In this document: one piece after another, positions 53,351-63,091 of the stretch
How positions within the stretch are numbered: the first letter of the stretch is position 1
Layout: every line of letters starts with the position of its first letter
Assembly (NCBI GenBank): GCA_963775895.1
Contig: CAVZKL010000028.1
Span: 1 to 64,000 of the forward strand
Source: Candidatus Bathyarchaeota archaeon
GTDB taxonomy: Archaea > Thermoproteota > Bathyarchaeia > Bathyarchaeales > Bathycorpusculaceae
Length of the DNA stretch: 64,000 nt
Direction of reading: 5' to 3'
Notes under the pieces: model-generated
The model's database searches: none
The model's input: the letters and a program-made list of their open reading frames with translations, nothing else
What the model was told of the DNA's origin: nothing
Position numbers and translations under genes: made by a program

Positions 53351-55387
53351 ATGGTTGAAGAAATGGAAATCACAGACCCGCAGGAACGTTTCCAGAACTT
53401 CTTCAAGACTGAAGAGTACCGCAAGAGACTCTCACAGATGGCGATGGGCGGAAAAACTTCGGTCATCGTCTCCTTTGAGGACCTGTTATCCTTTGACCAA
53501 AAACTGGCCGAAGAGCTTCTAGACAGACCTGATGAAAACCTGAAACACGCCGGCAAAGCAGCTTATGCCCAGTTGCAGATCGAAGATCCTGAGTATGCCG
53601 AGAGAATACCAGCAGTAGACGTGAGACTGGTTAGACTGCTAGAGACCGCAGTGCTTCGAAAACTGGGCTCAGAGCAAATAGGCAAGATCGTCATGGTGGA
53701 AGGAATCGTTGTACGTGCTTCCCCCGTTCGCCCGATGGTTATGCAGGCGGCATTCAGATGCAAGAGATGCGGAACGATGACTCCCGTTAATCAATCTGGA
53801 TCCTTTGTCAAAGCACCTTTCGCCTGCAGCAGTCCTGAGTGCGGCTCTAAGGGCCCATATGAGTTTGTCCAAGAAGAGTCTACGTTCGTCGACTCACAAG
53901 ACCTGCGTATACAGGAGAGACCAGAAGATCTACCTCCAGGCCAGTTGCCCCGAACTTTGGGCATCAAGCTCGTTGGAAAAGAAATCGTTGACCTTGCAAG
54001 GCCTGGCGATGACATTTCAGCGGTGGGTCAGGTGCGCGCTCAACCACCGACCCTTCCTGGAGTTGGCAAACTCAGAACGTTCATTCTGCATATAGACGCC
54101 AATTCCATCGAAGTGTTGGGTAAGGAACCTGAAACCGCGATGCCCTCACCTGAAGAAGAAGAAAAAATCCTTGAACTGGCAAGGGATCCTTGGATTCACC
54201 AGAAAATCGTCAATTCCATTGCGCCATCAATCTACGGATACGACCATATCAAAGAAGCAATAATGTACCTTCTGTTCGGCGGAGTAGCCAAAAACTTGCC
54301 AGACATATCGATAAGAGGCGAAATGAACGCGCTCCTAGTTGGAGACCCTGGTACAGCAAAATCTCAGCTTTTGCAGTATGTTTCACGAATCGCACCACGT
54401 GGACTGTACACGTCAGGACGCGGCACAACAGCCGCAGGATTAACCGCGGCCGTAATTCGCGAGAAAGGCGGAGGAATGAGCCTTGAAGCAGGAGCACTCG
54501 TTCTGGCTGACAAGGGCATCGCCTGCATCGACGAAATGGATAAGATGCGCCCAGAGGACAGAGTAGCTATTCATGAAGCAATGGAGCAACACACTGTTTC
54601 AGTGGCAAAAGGCGGCATCGTCGCCACCCTGAACGCAAGGACGGCCATACTTGCGGCTGCAAACCCCACACTCGGAAGGTATGAACCACACCGCACAGTC
54701 GCCGAGAACATCTCCTTGCCCGTGACGATACTCTCTAGGTTTGATTTGATCTTCGTCCTGAGAGACGTACCAAACAAGGAATCAGACAGCAAAATGTCTA
54801 TGCACATTCTCGAGCTCCACAGAAAAGGCTCAAGTCCAGTAGAACCACCCATCTCCGTAGATCTTTTGCGCAAATACATCAGCTATGCGAAAAGCTTCAA
54901 ACCAGCCTTGACCCAAGACGCTTTGAAACGTTTGAATGACTTCTACCTCGCAATGCGTGAGGCAAGTGAAACCGAAGGATCCCCTGTCGCAATAACTGCC
55001 CGCCAACTTGAATCACTCGTCCGCATAGCAGAAGCTAGAGCCCGCGCCGCCCTCAGGAAGGAGGTTCTGGCCGAAGATGCTGAAGCCGCAATTGCAATAA
55101 TGAAGAGGTCTCTAGAAGAGGTCGGAATCGACCTGTCTTCATTCAAGATAGACATAGATATCATAATGACTGGACGATCAAAAAGCATGAGGGACAGACT
55201 GCAAATAATACTCACAGCTCTGATCGAAATGGAAAAAGAGACTGGAATGGCCGAAAAAGGCGCTCTGGAAACGGAGCTCGAGGAGAAGTACAAGATCTCA
55301 AGAGCTGAAGCCAACCGCCTTTTTTCACAACTCTTGCGAGAAGGAACAATATACGAGCCAAGGGAAGGTTATCTGAAGAAAACGTAG
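53351..55387 (+). CDS. mcm: MCM replicative helicase
   Basis: Zn finger CKRC..C...C, GDPGTAKSQ, CIDEMDKM, SRFD, ITARQLE, C-terminal WH domain. Confidence 0.97.
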   Translation: MVEEMEITDPQERFQNFFKTEEYRKRLSQMAMGGKTSVIVSFEDLLSFDQKLAEELLDRPDENLKHAGKAAYAQLQIEDPEYAERIPAVDVRLVRLLETAVLRKLGSEQIGKIVMVEGIVVRASPVRPMVMQAAFRCKRCGTMTPVNQSGSFVKAPFACSSPECGSKGPYEFVQEESTFVDSQDLRIQERPEDLPPGQLPRTLGIKLVGKEIVDLARPGDDISAVGQVRAQPPTLPGVGKLRTFILHIDANSIEVLGKEPETAMPSPEEEEKILELARDPWIHQKIVNSIAPSIYGYDHIKEAIMYLLFGGVAKNLPDISIRGEMNALLVGDPGTAKSQLLQYVSRIAPRGLYTSGRGTTAAGLTAAVIREKGGGMSLEAGALVLADKGIACIDEMDKMRPEDRVAIHEAMEQHTVSVAKGGIVATLNARTAILAAANPTLGRYEPHRTVAENISLPVTILSRFDLIFVLRDVPNKESDSKMSMHILELHRKGSSPVEPPISVDLLRKYISYAKSFKPALTQDALKRLNDFYLAMREASETEGSPVAITARQLESLVRIAEARARAALRKEVLAEDAEAAIAIMKRSLEEVGIDLSSFKIDIDIIMTGRSKSMRDRLQIILTALIEMEKETGMAEKGALETELEEKYKISRAEANRLFSQLLREGTIYEPREGYLKKT

Positions 55388-55405
55388 CAACGCAAAGCAG
55401 CAATC

Positions 55406-56185
55406 CTACGAAATGTAAGTGACTTTCTTGTCCTCTTCTTTCTTCGTTTCCTCAGCCTGAATAGCTCTCTTCTCCTCAATCTTCTGCAGGCGGCTAACCA
55501 TTTTCTCGCCTTTAGCTATTTCCTCGTCTAGTCCTGCAATGTTAGCGTCGAAACCGAGCATAGACTGTAACACTTCAAGGACACTCTTCGCAGACTTCGG
55601 ATCGGGCAGGTAACCTCTCGTTTCACCAAGCAAACACAAAGCGTCGATCTTCTTGAAATGAGATAAGCCGAGAATCAAGCCAGCCGTGCCCACGATAGGG
55701 CTTCCCGATGGGCTAACCTCGGCTCCCGCCTTTAAAGCTCTGTCAAGGAATTCGGAGTTCGTGGCTGCCGCAATTACTTCGGGTTTGTTTTTGGCCTCCA
55801 TTCGGTATCCGCCGATTGTGATGATCAGTTTAGCATTGTATTGTCCTGCAAAGTCCAAAATGCGATCGGATATCTCATATTGTCCTTCGATCGTCTGAGC
55901 TTGACTGTCTCCAGTGAAGAGAATCAGGTCATTCTTGCCGTCGTTGTTTATCCAACAATAGAATGTTCCTCGAAGAAGCCGAACATTTCCCTTCTTACTG
56001 ACAATGACGAAGTACGGAAAGTGCGGAGAATAGAGGAAGGCAAACTTCTTAGCCTTCAACTGTTTGATCAAGTGGCGAATTGCAATCTTGCCAACAAGCC
56101 CCAAACCAGGAAGCCCTTCAATAAGAATCGGGTTCTTCAAATCCATTTTCACGATTTCTTTGATGAAAGTCTCTTTCACTCGCAT
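55406..56185 (-). CDS. PAC2/proteasome assembly chaperone family protein
   Basis: LIEGLPGLGLVG, GDSQ, LLGETRGYLPDP; canonical position after nop10. Confidence 0.88.
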   Translation of the reverse strand: MRVKETFIKEIVKMDLKNPILIEGLPGLGLVGKIAIRHLIKQLKAKKFAFLYSPHFPYFVIVSKKGNVRLLRGTFYCWINNDGKNDLILFTGDSQAQTIEGQYEISDRILDFAGQYNAKLIITIGGYRMEAKNKPEVIAAATNSEFLDRALKAGAEVSPSGSPIVGTAGLILGLSHFKKIDALCLLGETRGYLPDPKSAKSVLEVLQSMLGFDANIAGLDEEIAKGEKMVSRLQKIEEKRAIQAEETKKEEDKKVTYIS

Positions 56186-56346
56186 CTAGTCTCCTGCTTC
56201 AAGGCCATCCTGTACTTCAGGTACTTATCATCCGGCGAGAATTTCGCAGGGTGTGGAATTCGCACCTTGCCCCCACAGTAGGGGCAAGCATCTTCTCTCA
56301 AGGTATAGCGGTGACATTTATCGCATTTTCTGAGTAGCCAGACCAT
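56176..56346 (-). CDS. nop10: H/ACA RNP protein Nop10 (below ORF-track cutoff)
   Basis: Translated by hand: MVWLLRKCDKCHRYTLREDACPYCGGKVRIPHPAKFSPDDKYLKYR. Confidence 0.93.
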   Translation of the reverse strand: MVWLLRKCDKCHRYTLREDACPYCGGKVRIPHPAKFSPDDKYLKYRMALKQETRCE

Positions 56347-57134
56347 TACTTCTCCCTTCTGAAGGAACCCTGTCCTCCAGCCTTCGAGACAGTGGTGACC
56401 AAATTCTGGGCGACCTTTTGGAACACTTCTTCCGCGTGCTTGTAATCCTCTGCCATGACCTCAATACTGTATTTTGGTGCAGCAACGACGTAGAAACGGA
56501 CTTTCGCGTTTCCCAGTTTTTCACCCTTCTTCGCATTGGAAAAGGCATCTTTTATGATGTTTACACCGTTCGGCTTTCCAACCCGAAGTTCGGCGGTGCC
56601 TTTGACTTTAACCCTAAGAACGCGTATTCTCTCTTGTGCAACCTCAAAAAATGCTTTGGCAATTTCCTCAGGAATGCCCAGCTTCGTCAGGGTCTCTGGG
56701 CCTTCTCTTACTGCTTTCTCAAATCCTTCGTACAGGCCGTACTGATCTTCTAGCAACTTTCCAGCTTTTTCGTAAATCTCTTCAACAGGCAGGCCTGTTT
56801 TTTCAGCAACGCCTTTCAGCAGCGCTTCTGCTTTTCTCTCCTTCTTCCAAGCCATTATTTTCTCTATTTTCTCTCTTTTTGTAACTCGCCTGAGCGACAA
56901 GTCGATATGTCCTTTTTCAGGATCCACCCGCAAAACTTTCAGGACAACTTTTTGTCCTTCACGAACAAAATCTCGAATGTTTCGAATCCAAGAAGAAGAT
57001 ATCTCTGAAACGTGCAGTAACCCTTTCTTACCATACTCGTCTAGCTTCACGTAAGCGCCATAGTCAGTGACGGCATCCACAGTGGCCATTATCAAGTCGC
57101 CAGGTTCAGGCCACTCCTGTTTCTTGAGAGACAT
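56346..57134 (-). CDS. eif2a: Translation initiation factor aIF-2 alpha
   Basis: S1 domain GAYVKLDEY...HVSEISSSWIRNIRD, GHIDLSLRRV, AAPKY. Confidence 0.95.
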   Translation of the reverse strand: MSLKKQEWPEPGDLIMATVDAVTDYGAYVKLDEYGKKGLLHVSEISSSWIRNIRDFVREGQKVVLKVLRVDPEKGHIDLSLRRVTKREKIEKIMAWKKERKAEALLKGVAEKTGLPVEEIYEKAGKLLEDQYGLYEGFEKAVREGPETLTKLGIPEEIAKAFFEVAQERIRVLRVKVKGTAELRVGKPNGVNIIKDAFSNAKKGEKLGNAKVRFYVVAAPKYSIEVMAEDYKHAEEVFQKVAQNLVTTVSKAGGQGSFRREK

Positions 57135-57149
57135 TGCTTTTTCCTTACC

Positions 57150-57347
57150 CTACTCGAAAACCGCGACTATTTCACCCTTGATCTTCGCCTTTCCACCCGA
57201 AGGCCCAGCGAGTTCGGTTCCACAAACGTTGCATACTACTTTGTTCACGGCACTGCTGAAGACCATCTGCTCGTTACCACACTTCAGGCATTTGACCCGA
57301 ACAAAACTGCTTCTCGGTCTTGGAATAAGCTTTTCCCATTCTGTCAC
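57150..57347 (-). CDS. rps27e: 30S ribosomal protein S27e
   Basis: PRPRSSFVRVKCLKCGNEQ...CNVCG..LAGPSGGKA; GTG start after GGAGG. Confidence 0.95.
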   Translation of the reverse strand: MTEWEKLIPRPRSSFVRVKCLKCGNEQMVFSSAVNKVVCNVCGTELAGPSGGKAKIKGEIVAVFE

Positions 57348-57360
57348 AACTTTCCCTCCA

Positions 57361-57639
57361 TTACACAATTACCAGCTTTCTAAGGCGCATGCCGTCTTTG
57401 TGGCGCATGTACCCGCAGACTTTGCATTTCAATTTCAAAGTCTGCTTCTTGGTTGTCTTGGCAAACTCTCTTTGAAGAGGATACTTTTGCCCGCCATAAC
57501 CCCTCTTCTCCCTCAAACTGTGATGGCGTTCTCCTTTGGCCATAGGCCTGCGTTTTCCAGCCTTGTACAGAGTGACTGAATGAATTTGATGCTGTTTACA
57601 CCTTGGACAGTAAGTCTTTACTTCCTTAGGAACATTCAC
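57361..57639 (-). CDS. rpl44e: 50S ribosomal protein L44e
   Basis: VPKEVKTYCPRCKQH...GYGGQKYP...KTTKK..LKLKCKVCG. Confidence 0.95.
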   Translation of the reverse strand: MNVPKEVKTYCPRCKQHQIHSVTLYKAGKRRPMAKGERHHSLREKRGYGGQKYPLQREFAKTTKKQTLKLKCKVCGYMRHKDGMRLRKLVIV

Positions 57640-57836
57640 TTCAATCCACGACCAGCTTTGCATAAACGAAGCGACACACGTTCTTATACTTTTTCCGTGA
57701 TCTTGCGCGATGCAATACCCTGTCGGGACGATTCTGTATCTTTCACCTACTATAGAAGATCACATCGATTCTGATGTCATAAACGTCACTCTTAAATCAG
57801 TGTCACCCACTTTATTGAAACGTTAGAACTAACCAG

Positions 57837-58898
57837 TTGGGAAAACGATACATGAACGGTTATTCGTCTACCATCGGCGAAAGTCTTGCCTTAATCAGAA
57901 AGACGTTGCCCATAATAGTGTTCACAATACCGTTTATCGTGTTATACGTTCTTTACCCAAGCTCGTACGACTTGATGTGGAAAGGTAGAACGTTCTATCT
58001 TTTTTTCTTGTGGCTTGTGTTCCTAGAGACTATGCTCAACTGGGGTAGAATTGCAGAGAGCAAGGTCAACAGATTGAAAACGGTCAGGACAGCTGTTTTT
58101 TTTGTAGCTCTGGCACTTCCAATACTGTACGTTGTCGGGGCGAACTATTTTGGTCTTGAATGCTGCTATAATGGATTTTGCCAGAAGCTACGGCGTTGTC
58201 CCTGATTTTGTCCAGTTTGTGCCGCTTGCAGCGGAATATCTAGTCTTGACTGCGCTTTTTGCACTGATCATCTCATTATACTATGGAACTCGTCAAATCA
58301 CAAACTTCTCTATCTCAATGATTTTCCTCGGAGCAATCGGAGTGATTTACATGATTGACAATCTATATCCATATGGACTCTTCACTCCGTTCCAAATCTT
58401 TGTGCCAACAACGACACAGCTGTCGGCGAGCATTCTGAACATGATGGGGTACAAGACAAGCATCGTTTTCCAACAAACATCCACCCAAGGCACTCTACCA
58501 ATTTAACTGTTCAGGACATGTATGGACATGTCAGCACTCACGGAGTGGCTTGGGTGTGCTCGGGCATCGAGAGTTTGCTGATTTTTGCAGTCACTCTCCC
58601 GTTGTTCTTCAAAAACAGCGACATTCCACTGACACACAAGATCGTATATTTCATCTTTGGGGCTGTTATCACGTTTTTCATCAACGCCTTGAGGATCGCA
58701 ACTATTTTCATTATAGATCTTGGCGGCGGTGACTGGAACTCTTTTCACAATTTCTACGGAATGTTGTACTCCATGTCATGGATTATGTCCTATCCACTTC
58801 TGATAATTGCCAGCCGAGCATTATGGGGAAAGATCGTGAGACGAAGTATTGACCTGAACCTAGAACCTCCAAGTTCAATTTCGTTGCCTCCCAATTAG
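57837..58898 (+). CDS. Archaeosortase/exosortase family protein (thaumarchaeosortase-like); two frameshifts
   Basis: Multi-TM. WKGRTFYLFF, IDNLYPYG.FTPFQ, catalytic triad VCSGIES (Cys), NALRI (Arg), FHNFYG (His). Confidence 0.78.
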
Positions 58899-58906
58899 AA
58901 ACTGGT

Positions 58907-59455
58907 CTATTCAGCATCCACCCTTTCAGCCAATCCCTGTTTAATCAGAATCTTTGTGTTCTCAAGGGGCAGGGCTGCGATGTCTTCAACTTTGAAGGGC
59001 CCGTAAGTCTTCATGTCAGCACCGATGATCGCAGGAACCTCCTTCAGAAACCGCACTATAGTTCTCTTGTGCGTCACCTCTATTCGTACTATCGAGAGTT
59101 GCCCGCGCAGAATACCCTTAGCAAACGATTGGACCGCTTCTGCAAAAGGCGAGACCGCCGAGCAAATCGTCTTTTCCTCTGGCGTAAGAAGTTCCTGTGA
59201 GAATCCCTCCCCCATAGTCAGTTTTTGGATCATTTTCCGATAACGTGTTTGAATCAGCTGAAGAATCATATGTCTTGCATTCTGCATCTCTTTGTTAAGG
59301 AGACTTGTTTTTATCGCTCGCTTCTCCAACATTCGGCTTTCTTCCCTAAGTCGCTTCATATACTCTGCAACGTTGGAATAGAATCCTGTTGGGAGCTTCT
59401 GAAGCTCAACGTTCTCAAGTTCGAGTTTCCATGCGTTGTACAGTTCACTATACAT
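58907..59455 (-). CDS. GINS subunit (Gins15/Psf1-Sld5 type)
   Basis: LQKLPTGFY, TRYRKM, LTPEE, C-terminal B-domain VRFLKEVPAIIGADMKTYGPF; follows priS. Confidence 0.85.
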   Translation of the reverse strand: MYSELYNAWKLELENVELQKLPTGFYSNVAEYMKRLREESRMLEKRAIKTSLLNKEMQNARHMILQLIQTRYRKMIQKLTMGEGFSQELLTPEEKTICSAVSPFAEAVQSFAKGILRGQLSIVRIEVTHKRTIVRFLKEVPAIIGADMKTYGPFKVEDIAALPLENTKILIKQGLAERVDAE

Positions 59456-59456
59456 G

Positions 59457-60700
59457 CTACTCCATTACCTCCGCTCTTTTCTTGCACAGCAGCAACAACG
59501 CTGCTGCCGTCGGCAACTCAACTTTTTCATTTCGGTAAGGACCAAACTTTTCATTGCCTAGACCGAATTGAGGCGAATCAGAAACAAAGACGCAGACCTC
59601 GCCACTTTCGAAAGCCAATGCTTCCTTGAAAGGGTCAAAATCGTCTATCGAGGAAATCGGGAATTCAATCTTCTTTAGACCTGTTTTTCCATGCAGTGTG
59701 CCGGACATTCTGATCAGACGGTGGATATCTGTAGTAACAACAGTATCTACTTTTGCTGACTGGGACTCCTTGGAGTGTTCAACTAGCTTCTTGAAAGTCT
59801 GGGGCCCAAACCTTTCAATGTCGTCCACGGTTTTGATTCTCTGAGACTCCTCATTATGGATTCCTTGTTCTTCATTATTACTTGTGCAACGTTCCTGTTC
59901 AACCCTATTCCAACGTAATCACTCAGACCTGCATTGAGAACAGTGTCATACACCCCTCGCGCGATTCGTCCTTGCCAGCCGGCAGCGTTTAAATCGAGAT
60001 TCGCCATTTTGTCCTCGCCCAATCCGCATATGTCTAGGTCGATTCCTAACCCGCAAACATAATCGACAATCTCCTTGCGATCCATTGCGTTAAGGGTCTC
60101 TGTCGTCTGGTTTTCGACGTGAACATGGTAACCACGATGTCCTGAATAGAAGACGTGAATGGCTTCTTCGCCGAACCCGAAGTCTTTCTTGAGTATGTCA
60201 AGGAGTTTGACGGTCTCGCTCTTTGCAGACTTCAGACAGTCTTCGCAAGGCCAGGTGTTGTTTTCGAATTTTTCTTTTCCACAGGCTGGACAGCTTTCTG
60301 GAACTTCGCCTTTTCCCTTGAAACCACAGTTCAAGCATGTCCATTCATCGTGAATTTTGTCACAGGATGTCGGTATATGATCAGCGTCGATATCAAAAAT
60401 CAAATCTGCGCCAATCCAGCATTTGGCAGTCATCTCCGAGGCGGCAGGTTGTTCATATTTGGCACTCGAATAATAAACGTCTGACGGTGCGTCAGAGCAT
60501 AAGAAGTCTCTGAGTTCTTCATTGGATCTGAAACTTCGATGTCTGACCATCGCTTTGTTTCTGAAGAGTAGCGCAGCAAACTCGCGTCTCGCAAAGTAAG
60601 AAGGAACCACTACGTCATCGAAACGCTCAGAATAGTACGCGAGAAACTTGCGTTCTATGAAGTCACGAGTGCTTGCTGACATATCGCTTTTGAATGACAC
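59457..60700 (-). CDS. priS: DNA primase small (catalytic) subunit; frameshift ~59805
   Basis: RREF, DVYYS, DLIFDIDADH, YSGHRGYHV, DTVVTTDIHRLIRMSGTLHGKTG. Confidence 0.93.
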
Positions 60701-60873
60701 TTTGACACCTATTTAAGTTTCTCAAGAGTGTAATGAATCTTGTTTTGAACTTCAAGCTGGACCCTTGACCGGAAAGGAATAGGTTTAAATGACTATCACA
60801 AGAAAAAAGAAGGGTGGCGAATAGGCTCACTTAAAGAGAGGAATCTCAAACAACCAAGGTTAATGATACATTT

Positions 60874-61935
60874 ATGGTCGAATACGCTCTAAGCGATCCG
60901 GTAATTCAGAAAAGCCGAGTAGAATTTGAATTTCCCGAAGTAACAGTAGTCGTGCTTAACTACAACGGAAAAAAGCACATCAAAGAGTGTTTGGGCTCGA
61001 TTTTCAGAATGAACTATCCCCAGTTCAAAGTTGTCGTTGTTGACAACGCCTCCAGTGACGGATCATTGGACTCGGTTAGAAAGAAGTATCCACAGGTGAA
61101 AACCGTCAAATACGATAGAAATCACGGATTCGCCAAAGCCTACAACATGGCGTTAGAAGAAATTGAAAGTGAGTTCGTAGTACTTCTGAATAACGATGTC
61201 ACGGTTGAGCCTGATTGGCTTAGAGAGTTAATGCCTTACATCATTTATGACAACGAGGTTTCAGCAGTGACACCCAAGATGCTTTTCATGCAGAACACAT
61301 GCGCAATCAACGCTGCAGGAGGCAAATGTGACATCTATGGTTCGGGTTGGAACCGTGGGAACGGAGAAACAGACAATGGCCAGTACGAGAGAGTCGAAGA
61401 GGTTTTCTATGCCAATTGTGGCGCCATAGTTATCAGGAGAGATGCGTGGAAGGATGTTGGGTCGTTTGACGAACAGTATTTTCTTTATGGCGAAGACTTG
61501 GATTGGTGTTGGCGAGCAAGATTGAAGGGATACAGAATCGTTTATGTTCCGCACTCCAGAATCTATCATGAATGGCGAGCGTCAAATGGACCGATGATTC
61601 CGCTCCTTGAGCGCAACTGGCTCGCCACAGCACTTAAGAACTATGATTCAGGCACCTTAATGAGGCTGGCGCCGAGATTTGTGGCGTTGAAATCTGCCGT
61701 AGCAGCATGGCTTCTGTTCAACGGTAGAAACGCAAATGAGAGATTTGCCGTGTTTGATGGTTTTCTATGGAATTTGAAAATGTTCCGAGATACCTGGAAA
61801 AAGCGTCTTCTGATTCAGGCCTCCCGAAAGATAGATGACAAAGAGATTCAGAGGCATATGTACAACGGCAGCCTCGAACTCTCACTTGGACTCGGACGAA
61901 TGAAACATCCAATAACAAACAACTGGGCGTCATAG
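60874..61935 (+). CDS. Family 2 glycosyltransferase
   Basis: VVVLNYNG, VVDNASSDGS, LLNND, FDEQYFLYGEDLDWCWR. Confidence 0.9.
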   Translation: MVEYALSDPVIQKSRVEFEFPEVTVVVLNYNGKKHIKECLGSIFRMNYPQFKVVVVDNASSDGSLDSVRKKYPQVKTVKYDRNHGFAKAYNMALEEIESEFVVLLNNDVTVEPDWLRELMPYIIYDNEVSAVTPKMLFMQNTCAINAAGGKCDIYGSGWNRGNGETDNGQYERVEEVFYANCGAIVIRRDAWKDVGSFDEQYFLYGEDLDWCWRARLKGYRIVYVPHSRIYHEWRASNGPMIPLLERNWLATALKNYDSGTLMRLAPRFVALKSAVAAWLLFNGRNANERFAVFDGFLWNLKMFRDTWKKRLLIQASRKIDDKEIQRHMYNGSLELSLGLGRMKHPITNNWAS

Positions 61936-61953
61936 AATTCTTAAATGAACAAG

Positions 61954-63090
61954 TCATGATTCCGCGAAGACTTGACATATCGTATTCTGGAAATTCCGTA
62001 CACTTTCTTCCCAATTGAATTTATGCATGGCAATTCTTGCTTTTTCACCCATCCTTTTTCGCAACTCATCGTCGCATGTAAGCAAGGATAGGCGGTTTAA
62101 GAATTCGGTTGGAGTGTCAACAAGGAAACCTGTTTCTCCGTTTGTCACGACTTCCTCATGTGCACCGACTCTGTAGGCTATGACAGGTTTTCCGTTTGCT
62201 TGGGCAGCAACTACGGGCAAATCGAAACCTTCCCACCTTGAGCAAGTGCAGTAAAGGTCGCAGGCCTCAAAGCAAACTCTCAGTTTCTCGAAGGGCACTT
62301 TTGTCAATATTACGACATTATCAGGAGGACTCTGCACCCCTAAATCAGAGATAGAACCTCTGCCGATCAACAAAAGAACACAGTCTCCTTGGTTTTCTTG
62401 GAGCTTCTTGAAAAGCTTGATTATTTGGGCCATTCCTTTGTAAGGCGTGGAAAATCGTCCTACAGACAAGATCAGTTTCCTGTCACCAACGCCAAGATCT
62501 TTTCTAAGCCGCACCGCCTTCTCTTTTTCATGACAGACTAGATGGTCGATGCCGTGATAGTTTACGATTGCTCTTCCTTTAATCAGTGGTGACAGAAGAT
62601 TCCTAGTGTAATAGCTGTTCGTCACAACGCGATCGGAAAAGTGGAAAGAAAGGTTCCAGAGAAGATTCTGCCGGACAGATTCAACTTTTCTCACTAACGA
62701 ATCCAAGATTTTCTGAGGTGGCACTCCAAAGTAGTACATGATCACTTTCTTTCTGAAGATACCATAGGATAAGGCGCCTATGATGTGCATCGGATCAACG
62801 GTAATTATCACGTCGTATTCGTTTAGAACGGACACTAAAGAGAAAAACGAACGGAGATCTATCAGAAAATTGTCGTTCCAAAACTCGCTCGTAAGGGGCA
62901 GTGCAGCGACTTTGTAGGCCACAGTTTTGTAGTTGCAACCTGAATATTCGTTCTTGTTCGTCAGAACCGTGATGTCAAATCCATCCCGCGAAAGTCTCTC
63001 CGCTAGTAAATTCACTACTTCATCAACGCCGTATCCTATGAGCATACTTTTTGCTATGACGGCTATCTTTGGTTGTTTCAGATTTTGCAC
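61954..63090 (-). CDS. Family 4 (GT-B) glycosyltransferase
   Basis: TNSYYT, HGID, LSVGRF..YKG, EGFDLPVVAAQANGKPVI, EVVTNGETGFL. Confidence 0.9.
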   Translation of the reverse strand: MQNLKQPKIAVIAKSMLIGYGVDEVVNLLAERLSRDGFDITVLTNKNEYSGCNYKTVAYKVAALPLTSEFWNDNFLIDLRSFFSLVSVLNEYDVIITVDPMHIIGALSYGIFRKKVIMYYFGVPPQKILDSLVRKVESVRQNLLWNLSFHFSDRVVTNSYYTRNLLSPLIKGRAIVNYHGIDHLVCHEKEKAVRLRKDLGVGDRKLILSVGRFSTPYKGMAQIIKLFKKLQENQGDCVLLLIGRGSISDLGVQSPPDNVVILTKVPFEKLRVCFEACDLYCTCSRWEGFDLPVVAAQANGKPVIAYRVGAHEEVVTNGETGFLVDTPTEFLNRLSLLTCDDELRKRMGEKARIAMHKFNWEESVRNFQNTICQVFAES

Positions 63091-63091
63091 T

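Noticed and set aside
42545-55387. Inteins in rfcS, rfcL or mcm
   Set aside because: Proteins are normal length with uninterrupted Walker motifs.
26264-60700. Programmed frameshifting or true pseudogenes in glmM, glmU, tgtA, glyA, gdhA, priS
   Set aside because: No shared slippery motif, both +1 and -1 events, and essential genes affected; sequencing error is more parsimonious.
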